A stretch of 49,849 nucleotides of DNA from a bacterium. GTDB lineage: Bacteria > Bacteroidota > Ignavibacteria > UBA10030. Under the pieces are notes generated by a model. That model was not told the DNA's origin, ran no database searches, and saw only the letters and a program-made list of their open reading frames with translations. Position numbers and translations under genes: made by a program. Each line of letters starts with the position of its first letter. Within the stretch, counting starts at the first letter, position 1. Positions 24,701-33,134 of this stretch are shown here, in pieces. The stretch lies in the NCBI GenBank assembly GCA_007280275.1, contig QYQB01000173.1:1-49849 (forward strand). Direction: 5' to 3'.

Positions 24701-25849
24701 AAAACAAATATCCCGGTCGTACGGGTGTGCGGCAACCGCATTGTCATACCAACCTTGGGTATTCAGCCAGTTAGGCGGTGTTCCGCTTGCGTGCGACGCT
24801 TTCGACCATGCGGCACCGGCATCATCTGAGATATAGACATCCGACACCGTGCTGCTTGTTTCCATCGCAAGGAACAGGCGCGCGGTATCGACGGGAGAGA
24901 TATCGAGTTCGCACCGCAAGCCAGGGCCTATACCCGTCGATGAGGAGGTCCAGGTCAATCCACGGTCACGGGATTTTAACACACCGCTTGAATTGCGCGT
25001 CGCATAGAGCGTGTTGAAATTGAGCGGATTGGCGATGATCTGTTGAATTCTGTATGTTCCCCCGTTCCCACCGCTCGAATATGCAGCAACCCATGTGCCT
25101 CCGCCATCCGTCGAGCGGAAGATTCCTGTGTTCGTTGCCGCAAGCACCACGTTTGCATTCGCTGGATCGACGATCACCCGGTTGACGTACGAAAAATCGG
25201 AGTTGGACGCCGTGCTCGAAAGCTGCGTCCACGTCTCTCCCCGATCGGTGCTTTTCCAAATGCCGTCGCCGCGAACTGCGTCCGTATTGCCGAATCCTTC
25301 ACCAGTCCCAGCATAGAGAATGGAGTGACTGGATGCTGCCATCGCCAGTGTCACCGTTGCAAGGTTCGGCATGGAGGGTGTCTTGTTGAGCCATGTCGTT
25401 CCGGCATTTGTGGTCTTCCAGATGCCGCCGCTGACTGATCCGGCGAACCATGTGTTTTTCGCCGGATCGTCCGGATCGACGATCAAGCCACGCGTACGGC
25501 CGCCAACATTTCCCGGCCCCACCTCGGTCCAGGGAAGTGCAGCGAGCTTATTGAGAGATGCCGCCTTGCGGTCGTTCGCCTTATTAACCTCCATCATCTT
25601 GTAGTTCGTGGGATATGTGGGACCCCAATCCCCATCCCGCGTACGGATATCGCGCTCGTACCGCTCGAATTCTTCCGGAGCGTCGACTTTTTCGGCTTTT
25701 CCTTCATAGGAATCGGGATCGCGCTCAACGAGAGGGCGCGGGAGATCCTCGGTGCGGGAATAGCCGCGACCACCCGGTCGTTGAGCGATGGCGATAAACA
25801 ACATGCAAACTGCGGCCGAAAGTATGAGGTACACACTGGTGCGTTTCAT
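21794..25849 (-). CDS. Very large T9SS-secreted BNR/Asp-box repeat protein (sortilin/VPS10-like propellers) with a choice-of-anchor/MAM-like module and T9SS CTD
   Basis: Start MKRTSVYLILSAAVCMLFIAIAQ (ATG 25849). At least 10 Asp-box motifs are present, including TTNAGTTW, STDRGETW, STDGGGTW, SRDRGLTW, SDDAGAAW, SDNSGTTW, STDGGVTF, TTDLGQTW and STNNGASW. ...GWGWMIDNLEIQG precedes the CTD QNYPNPFNPSTSIRF...GVYFYRLDA...KRLVLIK. Confidence 0.9.
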   Translation of the reverse strand: MKRTSVYLILSAAVCMLFIAIAQRPGGRGYSRTEDLPRPLVERDPDSYEGKAEKVDAPEEFERYERDIRTRDGDWGPTYPTNYKMMEVNKANDRKAASLNKLAALPWTEVGPGNVGGRTRGLIVDPDDPAKNTWFAGSVSGGIWKTTNAGTTWLNKTPSMPNLATVTLAMAASSHSILYAGTGEGFGNTDAVRGDGIWKSTDRGETWTQLSSTASNSDFSYVNRVIVDPANANVVLAATNTGIFRSTDGGGTWVAAYSSGGNGGTYRIQQIIANPLNFNTLYATRNSSGVLKSRDRGLTWTSSSTGIGPGLRCELDISPVDTARLFLAMETSSTVSDVYISDDAGAAWSKASHASGTPPNWLNTQGWYDNAVAAHPYDRDICFVGGLDIYRVQIAAGVTQTPGVLEVTQNGTFPFLSFVNWGGPYAGGGIGTGKDFYGTTSAPVSLVDADYVSVEVRFGPGLNQKAHRFTAGTSFQYPYLDYVTVPFQLWDITNNRQLMASFRDSDSSGVYKLIPYDATSPQREYIFVHAVPYDAAGPNASIATTGGERYKNIYTLWPSLLTGATWNANNLPTSNVRITYGMITGRSRATSRMTNWVENQSQPYVHADHHNITIIPVSQATQSFRMVNGSDGGVAISDNSGTTWANPNVGYNTSQFYGVDKKPGVKQYIGGTQDNGTWISPADPTASSLWTAKIGGDGFGSIWHYKDGNKLIGSLYYNDLRKSTNGGSTFASATTDLTDVGSGLGPFITQIGKSNSDPDLLFVVGSTGVWRTDNFAENWTQFKIAASNWGFGTGAKAEISIADPQTVWAGIRMSNSGTTGKIHVSTDGGVTFGPTVNYTGALLGRLSGLATHPTQPKTGYALFSFAKAPKILRTTDLGQTWQDISGFGSGTASTNGFPDVATYCLLVMPQNPNEIWAGTEIGLFISTNNGASWSYANDVLPAVAIWQLRATDDEVVAATHGRGIWSVKIPALLIAPPVTATLSPRLNKPAQAPDGSLAINISLRSGYDSTHVFVKGAKFLTLASNAAVKDTVVQFQIAKAESLTMSVTSFKGGRQYGSPVRGMNVVLPQAPRASYVDNFNTATTNFTSSGFTLQTPTGFLNPAYHTSHPYSNNRTYTLTLNIPIIVQASNAFVRFDEIAIVEPGEPGSVYGSTDFYDYCVVEATKEGANWIALEDGYDSRREPDWLNAWTSRVNGSPSLIKKHQLNLLNKFPAGSLVFIRLRMYTDPGTTGWGWMIDNLEIQGSLVSVENDKQALPVDFGLSQNYPNPFNPSTSIRFEVPVESRVNITIYDALGRKVQTLVDRQFKPGVYTEYWNASAFSSGVYFYRLDARESVPGSSRHFNATKRLVLIK

Positions 25850-25871
25850 TGCGACGTCACCTTCACTGTGG

Positions 25872-26312
25872 CTACTGGACAATTACTCTCTCAAGGTTCT
25901 TTGTCTTCTTGCTTCGGAGGTCAAAGATGTAGCCCGGCTGCCGATGCGGAGATTTCTCTTCGCTCTCTTCGATGCCGGGAATGATCTTGACGATGATGGA
26001 GAACTCATCGTTCCAGGCGACGGATCCGTTCGCAAGGTTGTCTTCAAAAAGAATGCTATCTGCTGTAACGTCGAAAACAAAGAAGGCAATCCTTCGCTGC
26101 GGGACCAGCAGCGTTGTCTTCGCCTCCTTGACACAAAGGAGGGCCGTCTTTGTTGAGTTGAATGTGTATTCGGCTCCTTCGCCGTACTTTTCCGTGCCCA
26201 GAGTCCGGTATCGCAGGTTTGAAGATTCTTCATGCCTGAGCTGCCTGGAGCTGCTGCACGAGAGAAATGATCCGACCACCAGGATGCCCACTACATGCCA
26301 AAGGGAATTCAT
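25872..26312 (-). CDS. Small lipoprotein of unknown function (146 aa)
   Basis: Start MNSLWHVVGILVVGSFLSCSS (lipobox) at ATG 26312. It ends 22 nt upstream of the BNR gene start. Confidence 0.65.
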   Translation of the reverse strand: MNSLWHVVGILVVGSFLSCSSSRQLRHEESSNLRYRTLGTEKYGEGAEYTFNSTKTALLCVKEAKTTLLVPQRRIAFFVFDVTADSILFEDNLANGSVAWNDEFSIIVKIIPGIEESEEKSPHRQPGYIFDLRSKKTKNLERVIVQ

Positions 26313-26426
26313 CACAAACGTCGACGCTGGAGATGACATCAATTGGAGATTCTGCTTCCGGTCATTTCCTCGTGATCGATTCAACACTCAGCTCTTTCTT
26401 TCAGGGGAAGTCCGGTCATCCGTTCA

Positions 26427-29420
26427 CTATTTCAAAACAACGAGTTTCCTGACATGCGAGAATCCACCTGCAGACAACCTGTAGAAATAGATACCGGACG
26501 GCATGAGCGATGCGTCAAGCCTTAACGCGTAATGGCCGGCGGAGCGCGCATCGTCCACCAGACGAACGACTTCCTTCCCAAGCACATCGTAGACGATCAG
26601 CCTGACACCCGACGGTTGAGGAAGATCGAACTCGATTGTGGTTGATGGATTAAAAGGATTGGGGTAGTTCTGGTACAGGGCAAACTGAGCCGGAATGAGA
26701 TCGATCTGCCCATCAACCTCGCTTTTCTTCACAACACCCAGAACGCCCAGACGGTTAATCGTGGCGCTCAATTCCCCTCGCCCTTTGTCAACCGTCGAAG
26801 GGACGGCCAACCATTTCCCGTTTCGGTACTGTGCAAGCGTTGTTGTCTCATCAAGCGTCACTCCCGATATCCTGACAATTGACGGACGATTGAGTACAAG
26901 ATCCGAAGGTCCGAGAGAGAACATGTGCGACGATGACTGCACAGCCGCAACAGGGATCAGGGGATCGGTTGTTCCATCAGAAGCCGTGACATATGTGGGC
27001 GCGCTGACTGCTCCGGCATCAAAGAAAACCATGATGGCGCTGCTGGGCGTCGAGATGGTTGCCGGCCCGTCGGGCTTTAGCAATCTGGCGTTGAACGCAA
27101 CTGTTGTATCGGCAAAAAAGATTCCGAATTTCTTTGCCCCCCGAACTCGGAGCGAGACTGTGCCGTTGCTCTTGAGCTGCTGTGTGCTGTCGATGAAGAC
27201 CCTGGTCGACCCCGGTACTCCGTAGAAACGGAGCGGCAGGGAACCCCCGGGTTGCGAGATGGTTCCGCTGAGGCTTCCAACCCTCAATTCATCAGAGCTT
27301 GCGGCGATGACATCGATGTACTCGCTCAGGAGCGGATTCTGCAGGTAGCCGACCGCGAGCGAAGGCGCAGCAGTCGAATCTGCGTATTCAAAAACAGCCC
27401 TCATCATCAGATTGAGCCCGTCCAACGAGCCGGGAGTCTGCTGGATCGCACTCGCTTCACGCATTGTCTGCCAAGCATTGGGAGGTGCTCTGGTGTAGTT
27501 CGGCCCGCGAAACACATAGGAATAATCCTCCTGCACAAAGTTATCGACGGCAAGATACGTACCGACCGAATCAATGACATCTTCCATAAAGCCGAGATAG
27601 ACCGGTCCCTTCAGATTGGTCAGAGCACTTTCATAAGCCGAGAGATCGACATCGACGAACGAACCGAACGGGTAGGCATCCCGATTCACGCTGACGAGAA
27701 ACGGTGGAATGATATCTGTACCCGGCCGGCCATTGCGATCGTTCCAAACGTGGAAAACAAAGTTCTTGCTGTCGGTCGGCAGGGCTGTTCCGTTGCTGAA
27801 CTCCTGATTGAAAGCTACCATCATTCTCGCTTTGCGAAGCACATTCCCTTTCACCTGCGGTTGAAATCGCACAGCCATACCGAGCGTCGTGGCATTATTC
27901 CCGAAGCCGATGTACGGCGCGAGTCCCTGCGAGAATGGATGAGGCGTACCGCTGTCGTAGGACTCTTCTGTGATGAAATGGAGCGGCTCGCCGGATGCGG
28001 TGAATGAATAAGGCAACGGCGCACTCGAGAGGCCGGAGACAACAAATACAACCGACGTGAATTGGGCACCAAGCCCCGGCGAAGTAAACTCCACACCGCC
28101 TGCCACATCGCGAATCCGGACAGAAGCTGGTTCGGCTTCAATTGCGCGCACGGAAACACCAGCCGGAAGAGTGAATGTAATGCGGAAGTTCCTGGCGCTT
28201 GCGAACGATATGTACTGTGCTCCGTCCTGCACCAGTGTATCGGTCCTTTGCACATTGGGATCGGTATAATCGCCCCTCAGCGTCGGCCTGGCCCCCAGCG
28301 CGCTCTTGTAGCGATAGGTTGAATCTGGTGCATTCGATCCCAGCCAATTGGCAATGAAAAAATTCGCCGCAGTTGCCGTGAATGTCTTTGTGATTCCGGA
28401 CTGGCTCAGGGATTGCTCAAAGCCCGGAATGCCGTTATTCGCGTTTTGAACGAACCTCTTGATGAATGGAAGTCCAAATTGGTCTGCAAGATATCTCGTC
28501 CAGAGCGCCGCCCGGCTGTAGTCGTCCAATGTGCTGTTCCAGCCTGTCAACAGCACATTGGTGTTGCTGAAGTAGCCTGCGGGACTTCTGAGCTGAAAAC
28601 CACAGAGGTATTCGGCGTATTCGGACAGTCCTTCGTTGAAGAATGTGATCTCGCTGGGGTCGTAATTCCAGTGGATGAGGTGCTGGAACTCGTGTGAAAG
28701 AGTAGCCAGGGCCACGCTTGTGCGATGCGCTCCGTTGAAGAAGATCCCGGGGTACGAGTCGATGTACAGCATGTCACGCCTGTTGCTCGTATTGACGGCA
28801 GCGGTGTTAGGATCAACGTCCACAGAGTAGAAGAAGCCCGCAACATAACCACCCGTGCCGCTCCAGCCATCCTGGATGTCGCAGATGAGGAAATGGGTCT
28901 TCCCGTCCCCCCCTTTTTTTTGAAAGCTCGTGTTGATGTTGGGGGGATCACCATATGCCTGCCGATCGATCTGGAGTATTCCTTTGGTGGAATCAAGCGA
29001 AGAGCGGCTTGTCGAGCGTTCGAGCGCGTTTTCGACCGCATCAACTTCGGTCGATGTGACGTGACCTTTGCTCCATTCCCCCAGTGCGACCCACACGTAG
29101 CTTATCGAACCGACGGCTTTCAGCTGGGCACGCAGCGTATCGAAGACTTTCTTGTCAAGATTGTAGACCCAGAAGAGGTTCTGGTCTCCCACCTTCAATT
29201 CCGCGTTCCCTTTCTGAAGGTTCCACTGCCTCATGGCTTCGACGATTCCAGGATGCTGCATCTGCGTGTTGGCCCACGCCTCCTGAATGACTCTGGGATC
29301 ATTCACCGTCGGGCTTGCGCAGACACCGCGTGCCCCATACTCCATCGGAATAATCTCCTGTGCCCGTGCCACAGAGCCCGTTGCAGCGAGGAACCCAAGC
29401 ATCAGGAGCAACGCCTTCAT
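26427..29420 (-). CDS. T9SS-secreted zinc metalloprotease (gluzincin HEXXH...E; peptidase M30/hyicolysin-like from memory)
   Basis: Start MKALLLMLGFLAATGSVARAQ (ATG 29420). Active site ATLSHEFQHLIHWNYDPSEITFFNEGLSEYAE. CTD QNYPNPFNPSTTIEF...GIYFYRLSAGGFSHVRKLVVLK. Confidence 0.88.
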   Translation of the reverse strand: MKALLLMLGFLAATGSVARAQEIIPMEYGARGVCASPTVNDPRVIQEAWANTQMQHPGIVEAMRQWNLQKGNAELKVGDQNLFWVYNLDKKVFDTLRAQLKAVGSISYVWVALGEWSKGHVTSTEVDAVENALERSTSRSSLDSTKGILQIDRQAYGDPPNINTSFQKKGGDGKTHFLICDIQDGWSGTGGYVAGFFYSVDVDPNTAAVNTSNRRDMLYIDSYPGIFFNGAHRTSVALATLSHEFQHLIHWNYDPSEITFFNEGLSEYAEYLCGFQLRSPAGYFSNTNVLLTGWNSTLDDYSRAALWTRYLADQFGLPFIKRFVQNANNGIPGFEQSLSQSGITKTFTATAANFFIANWLGSNAPDSTYRYKSALGARPTLRGDYTDPNVQRTDTLVQDGAQYISFASARNFRITFTLPAGVSVRAIEAEPASVRIRDVAGGVEFTSPGLGAQFTSVVFVVSGLSSAPLPYSFTASGEPLHFITEESYDSGTPHPFSQGLAPYIGFGNNATTLGMAVRFQPQVKGNVLRKARMMVAFNQEFSNGTALPTDSKNFVFHVWNDRNGRPGTDIIPPFLVSVNRDAYPFGSFVDVDLSAYESALTNLKGPVYLGFMEDVIDSVGTYLAVDNFVQEDYSYVFRGPNYTRAPPNAWQTMREASAIQQTPGSLDGLNLMMRAVFEYADSTAAPSLAVGYLQNPLLSEYIDVIAASSDELRVGSLSGTISQPGGSLPLRFYGVPGSTRVFIDSTQQLKSNGTVSLRVRGAKKFGIFFADTTVAFNARLLKPDGPATISTPSSAIMVFFDAGAVSAPTYVTASDGTTDPLIPVAAVQSSSHMFSLGPSDLVLNRPSIVRISGVTLDETTTLAQYRNGKWLAVPSTVDKGRGELSATINRLGVLGVVKKSEVDGQIDLIPAQFALYQNYPNPFNPSTTIEFDLPQPSGVRLIVYDVLGKEVVRLVDDARSAGHYALRLDASLMPSGIYFYRLSAGGFSHVRKLVVLK

Positions 29421-29646
29421 ACGGTTTCCGAAAAAAGATTTTGTGTTTTTGAAGATAATGGTTCTCAACGCAGAGCCGCCCCGATAGGAGAATCGGGGTA
29501 AACAGAGGACGCGGAGCAACGCAGAGATTATTGATCCATTTTCTCTGCGATTCTCTGCGGACTCGGCGCCCACCTGGCTCCTCGAACACTCAGAGGCGGG
29601 CAGGTCTCTGCGATAAACAATACAACCTGATTCACTGGTAACAGCT

Positions 29647-30030
29647 TTATGGAGTTTTGACAATGTCGTATCGCTCAACGATGATGGACAACGAATCTGA
29701 CTTTGACGCAACCGGCCTGAAACGTACACGCAACTTCAGTCCCTGAAGTTTCCACAACTCAGAATAGAAGACAGTGGTGTCCTTCTGGATCACGTGCATT
29801 CCGCCATCGTCAGTCCGAAGCGAGAGGTTCGTGAAGGGCTCATTGCCGGTCACGTAAAGCACGCCGACAAGATCACGCGGCTCCTGTGACAATTCTCTGT
29901 GCCACCGGCAGCCCGACAGAACAACCATGGCAACGAGGCAACCGAGAGCGGCTTTTTTCAGCAGACCGGGAGTCGCTTGCGGGTACTCAGGATGAGACCT
30001 AGGACCGAACAAACATCTTCGAGAGCGCAT
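29647..30030 (-). CDS. Small lipoprotein of unknown function
   Basis: KKAALGCLVAMVVLSGC forms a lipobox. The start is taken as ATG 30030 and is uncertain. It overlaps the end of the upstream flippase gene. Confidence 0.55.
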   Translation of the reverse strand: MRSRRCLFGPRSHPEYPQATPGLLKKAALGCLVAMVVLSGCRWHRELSQEPRDLVGVLYVTGNEPFTNLSLRTDDGGMHVIQKDTTVFYSELWKLQGLKLRVRFRPVASKSDSLSIIVERYDIVKTP

Positions 30031-31474
30031 CTCTGGTCTCCTTGATGTCGGCGCTGTCAAACACCTTCAGTACGAATACGAGGAGGATGAAAGCAGCGGA
30101 AAACCCAAGTTTGACGGCGATGCCGACAGCACTCGCCGGCTGAAGTCCCAGCATCAGAAAGACAACGACGACAGTACATGCGGCGAGCGTCAGTCGGGTC
30201 AGTCGACCCCATTCGTACTTTACATGGTACAACCGTTGAGAGGGAAAATAGATTCCGACGGCCATAACTATATAGCTGAGCAATGTCGCGAACGCGGCTC
30301 CTGTAATCCCGAATTTCGGAATCAAGAGGAAGTTCAAAACGACGTTGACCAGCGCTCCTGCCCCGGTAGCATATGGCAGATACTTGGTCTTCTTCTCGAG
30401 GTATACGCCGACCACGAAATTGACATAGGCACCTGTGAAGACGTACGCCAGCAGAATGATCGGCACGATCCCAAGTCCTCCCCAGTAATCAGGATGGATG
30501 ACGTACCTGCCGAAAACCCGAATTCGTACGATATCGTCAATGAAGAGGGAGCCGGTGACGAACACAAGCATCATCAACGCGACGAAGTACGTGAACACCT
30601 TGGAGAACAGCTTCTGTGCGTCGTTGTCCTTGGCGTGCGTCAGGAAGAACGGTCTCCAGGCGTAGTCGAACATTCCCACGACCAGCATCATGAGCACACC
30701 AAGCCGGTAGTTGGCCCGATAGACTCCGACAGTTGCGTCGTTTGTCAGCGCCTTCAGGATGGGGACATCGATAACCTGGATGGCAATCCCTGACAGGCCG
30801 GCGGGGATGTATGGTAACCCAAAGCGTATCATTTCCTTGTAGAGGCGGCTTGGTAAATGCAGCGTCAACTCAGGGAACACGACCGCGGCGAGAACGAGGG
30901 ACGTCACTGCCGACGCAAGAAGATTAGCGATGAACACCGCTTCGACCCCCATCTTGAGAACGACAAACAAGAGGATCGTCAGCAGCACATTGATGATGAT
31001 GTTGAGAATACGGAGACCGGCAAACATTTTCGCACGGTTCTCCATGCGAAGATAGGCAAAGGGGACGATGGCGAGCGTGTCGAAGCAGAGGATCCAACCG
31101 GAATAGCGGATCAGGTCGGCGTGATCTGCTCCGTCGCCCAGTACACCGCTGATTGCAGGAGCGAAGAAATAGATCAGAACAGAGAAGAGAACGGATGTTC
31201 CGAGGAGGGAGAAGTACGGGACGCTGACCGTTTGCTTCTTGTCCGCTGTTTCAAGCGACGCGACAAACCGCATGTAAGCGGAATCCATGCCGTATCCATA
31301 GACGACAAACGCGAATGCGATGTAGGCATAGATGTTCGCCATGACACCGTAATCGGCAGTCGCCAGGAAGTTTGTGTAGACGGGGACAAGCAGGAAATTG
31401 AGAAACCGGCCGACGATCGAACTGAGACCGTAGATAGCTGCTTCTTTTCCCAGCTTGAAGATGCGATCGAGCAT
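29999..31474 (-). CDS. MOP-superfamily polysaccharide/oligosaccharide flippase (Wzx-like)
   Basis: 491 aa with about 12-14 TM helices. The N-terminus MLDRIFKLGKEAAIYGLSSIVGRFLNFLLVPVYTNFL is typical of the polysaccharide-biosynthesis-protein family. Confidence 0.8.
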   Translation of the reverse strand: MLDRIFKLGKEAAIYGLSSIVGRFLNFLLVPVYTNFLATADYGVMANIYAYIAFAFVVYGYGMDSAYMRFVASLETADKKQTVSVPYFSLLGTSVLFSVLIYFFAPAISGVLGDGADHADLIRYSGWILCFDTLAIVPFAYLRMENRAKMFAGLRILNIIINVLLTILLFVVLKMGVEAVFIANLLASAVTSLVLAAVVFPELTLHLPSRLYKEMIRFGLPYIPAGLSGIAIQVIDVPILKALTNDATVGVYRANYRLGVLMMLVVGMFDYAWRPFFLTHAKDNDAQKLFSKVFTYFVALMMLVFVTGSLFIDDIVRIRVFGRYVIHPDYWGGLGIVPIILLAYVFTGAYVNFVVGVYLEKKTKYLPYATGAGALVNVVLNFLLIPKFGITGAAFATLLSYIVMAVGIYFPSQRLYHVKYEWGRLTRLTLAACTVVVVFLMLGLQPASAVGIAVKLGFSAAFILLVFVLKVFDSADIKETRDALSKMFVRS

Positions 31475-31503
31475 GGAGAAGGGGGAGGAGCGCCGAAGAG
31501 GCG

Positions 31504-31668
31504 TCAGCTCTTTTCGCCCTCGTTTACCAGCATGATGGGAATATCATCCTTCACCTGGTAGACGTGTCCGCAGGACTTGCAGGTGAGCGTTTGTTTGTCC
31601 GCCTTGTAGTCAAGATCCCCCTTGCAGCGGGGACAACAGAGAATTTCGAGGAGCTCAGGTTTTAGCAT
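31504..31668 (-). CDS. Trm112/UPF0434-family zinc-ribbon protein (54 aa), not in the supplied ORF track
   Basis: My own translation is [54 protein letters not shown]. CPxC...CxxC plus (Y)x(V/I)xDGIP(I/V)ML is the Trm112 signature. Its start overlaps the thioesterase stop by 14 nt. Confidence 0.85.
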   Translation of the reverse strand: MLKPELLEILCCPRCKGDLDYKADKQTLTCKSCGHVYQVKDDIPIMLVNEGEKS

Positions 31669-32092
31669 TCGACTCCCGGGATTTGTTCATTGCTTCATGC
31701 AGAATTTGGATGAACATCGCCGGTGCACGCGTGGGTCGTCCGGTCGATTCATTGAGGAAACTGTGAACAGTATATCCCTCGACGATCGGTTCAGTCTCCC
31801 CTTCGAGCATGATACGGTACTCGATGCGGATTCTCGCGACGGGCATTTCTGTGCAGAAGGTCTCCACTGTCAGGAGATCGTCGTAGCGCGCAGACTTCCG
31901 GTATTTCGCAAACGCCTCGACTACGGCAACGAGGATTCCCTGTTTTTCGATTTCCGTATAGGGCATACCGATGGACCGCAGAAGCTCGGATCGACCCTGC
32001 TCGAAATACTCGAAGTACTTTCCGTAGTACACAAACTTCATCGCATCGGTATCGGCATACCGGACACGGATGGATGTCTGATTCTTGATCAT
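31655..32092 (-). CDS. Acyl-CoA thioesterase, hotdog fold (YbgC/4HBT family)
   Basis: [42 protein letters not shown]... carries the 4HBT catalytic Asp motif (RYxDTD). Start at ATG 32092, 10 nt after accA. Confidence 0.85.
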   Translation of the reverse strand: MIKNQTSIRVRYADTDAMKFVYYGKYFEYFEQGRSELLRSIGMPYTEIEKQGILVAVVEAFAKYRKSARYDDLLTVETFCTEMPVARIRIEYRIMLEGETEPIVEGYTVHSFLNESTGRPTRAPAMFIQILHEAMNKSRESNAKT

Positions 32093-32102
32093 GAAGCCCT
32101 GA

Positions 32103-33053
32103 CTATTCCTTCCATGCTCCCATCTTCGAGAACTTCTCCACACGTTTTTCGACAAGCTTGTCGGGCTTAATCTTCATCAACGCCTTGAGTTCTTCCAGCA
32201 GGATCTTTTTGAGTGTCGATGCAGCCATTTCGTGATTTCGATGTGCCCCGCCTCGCGGCTCGGGCACGATTCGGTCGATAATCTTCTGTTCCAGCAGATC
32301 AGCCGCTGTCAGCTTCAACGCTTCCGCCGCCTGCTCCTTGTAATCCCAGCTCCGCCAAAGGATGGAAGAACACGACTCGGGCGCGATCACGGAATACCAA
32401 GTGTTCTCGAACATCAGCACGCGGTCACCCACACCGATACCGAGAGCACCGCCGGACGCTCCTTCACCGATAATCACAACGACAATCGGGACGGGCAGGT
32501 GGGACATCTCGAACAGGTTGCGGGCAATTGCCTCGGCCTGTCCCCTCTCCTCTGCCCCGATGCCAGGGTAAGCCCCTGGAGTGTCAAGCAACGTGATGAC
32601 AGGTCTCTTGAATTTCGCCGCCAGATGCATGAGCCGCAGAGCCTTCCGGTACCCTTCGGGGTTCGGCATCCCGAAGTTTCGGAACACGTTCGATTTTGTA
32701 TCCCTCCCCTTCTGGTGGCCCAGAATCATTACCGGCTGATTGTCCAGGCGGGCAAATCCTCCCACGATGGCCTTGTCGTCGCCAAAAAGACGGTCACCGT
32801 GCAGCTCGACAAAGTCCTCCGTCATCAGGTGGACATAATCGAGCATATACGGACGGTCCGGATGCCGGGCAAGCTGCACGCGCTGCCAGCGCGTCAGATT
32901 CGAGAAAATCGATTCACGCAGCTGGTCGACTTTCTTCTCCAACGTCGAGATCTCGTCGGCGATATCGAGGTTGTCGGAATACTTCCGCATCTCCTCGATT
33001 TTCTGCTCCAACTCGATGATCGGTTTCTCGAACTCCAGTACCATTTTCGCCAT
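32103..33053 (-). CDS. accA: Acetyl-CoA carboxylase carboxyltransferase subunit alpha
   Basis: [17 protein letters not shown]..., [34 protein letters not shown] and [27 protein letters not shown] are classic AccA blocks. Confidence 0.95.
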   Translation of the reverse strand: MAKMVLEFEKPIIELEQKIEEMRKYSDNLDIADEISTLEKKVDQLRESIFSNLTRWQRVQLARHPDRPYMLDYVHLMTEDFVELHGDRLFGDDKAIVGGFARLDNQPVMILGHQKGRDTKSNVFRNFGMPNPEGYRKALRLMHLAAKFKRPVITLLDTPGAYPGIGAEERGQAEAIARNLFEMSHLPVPIVVVIIGEGASGGALGIGVGDRVLMFENTWYSVIAPESCSSILWRSWDYKEQAAEALKLTAADLLEQKIIDRIVPEPRGGAHRNHEMAASTLKKILLEELKALMKIKPDKLVEKRVEKFSKMGAWKE

Positions 33054-33134
33054 AACGTCTCCTTTTGCTGCCGTCGACCGGCTGCCCGCTCCTCCTCAGT
33101 TCAGGGTGTCACCGGGTGACAACACCCGCCGGAT

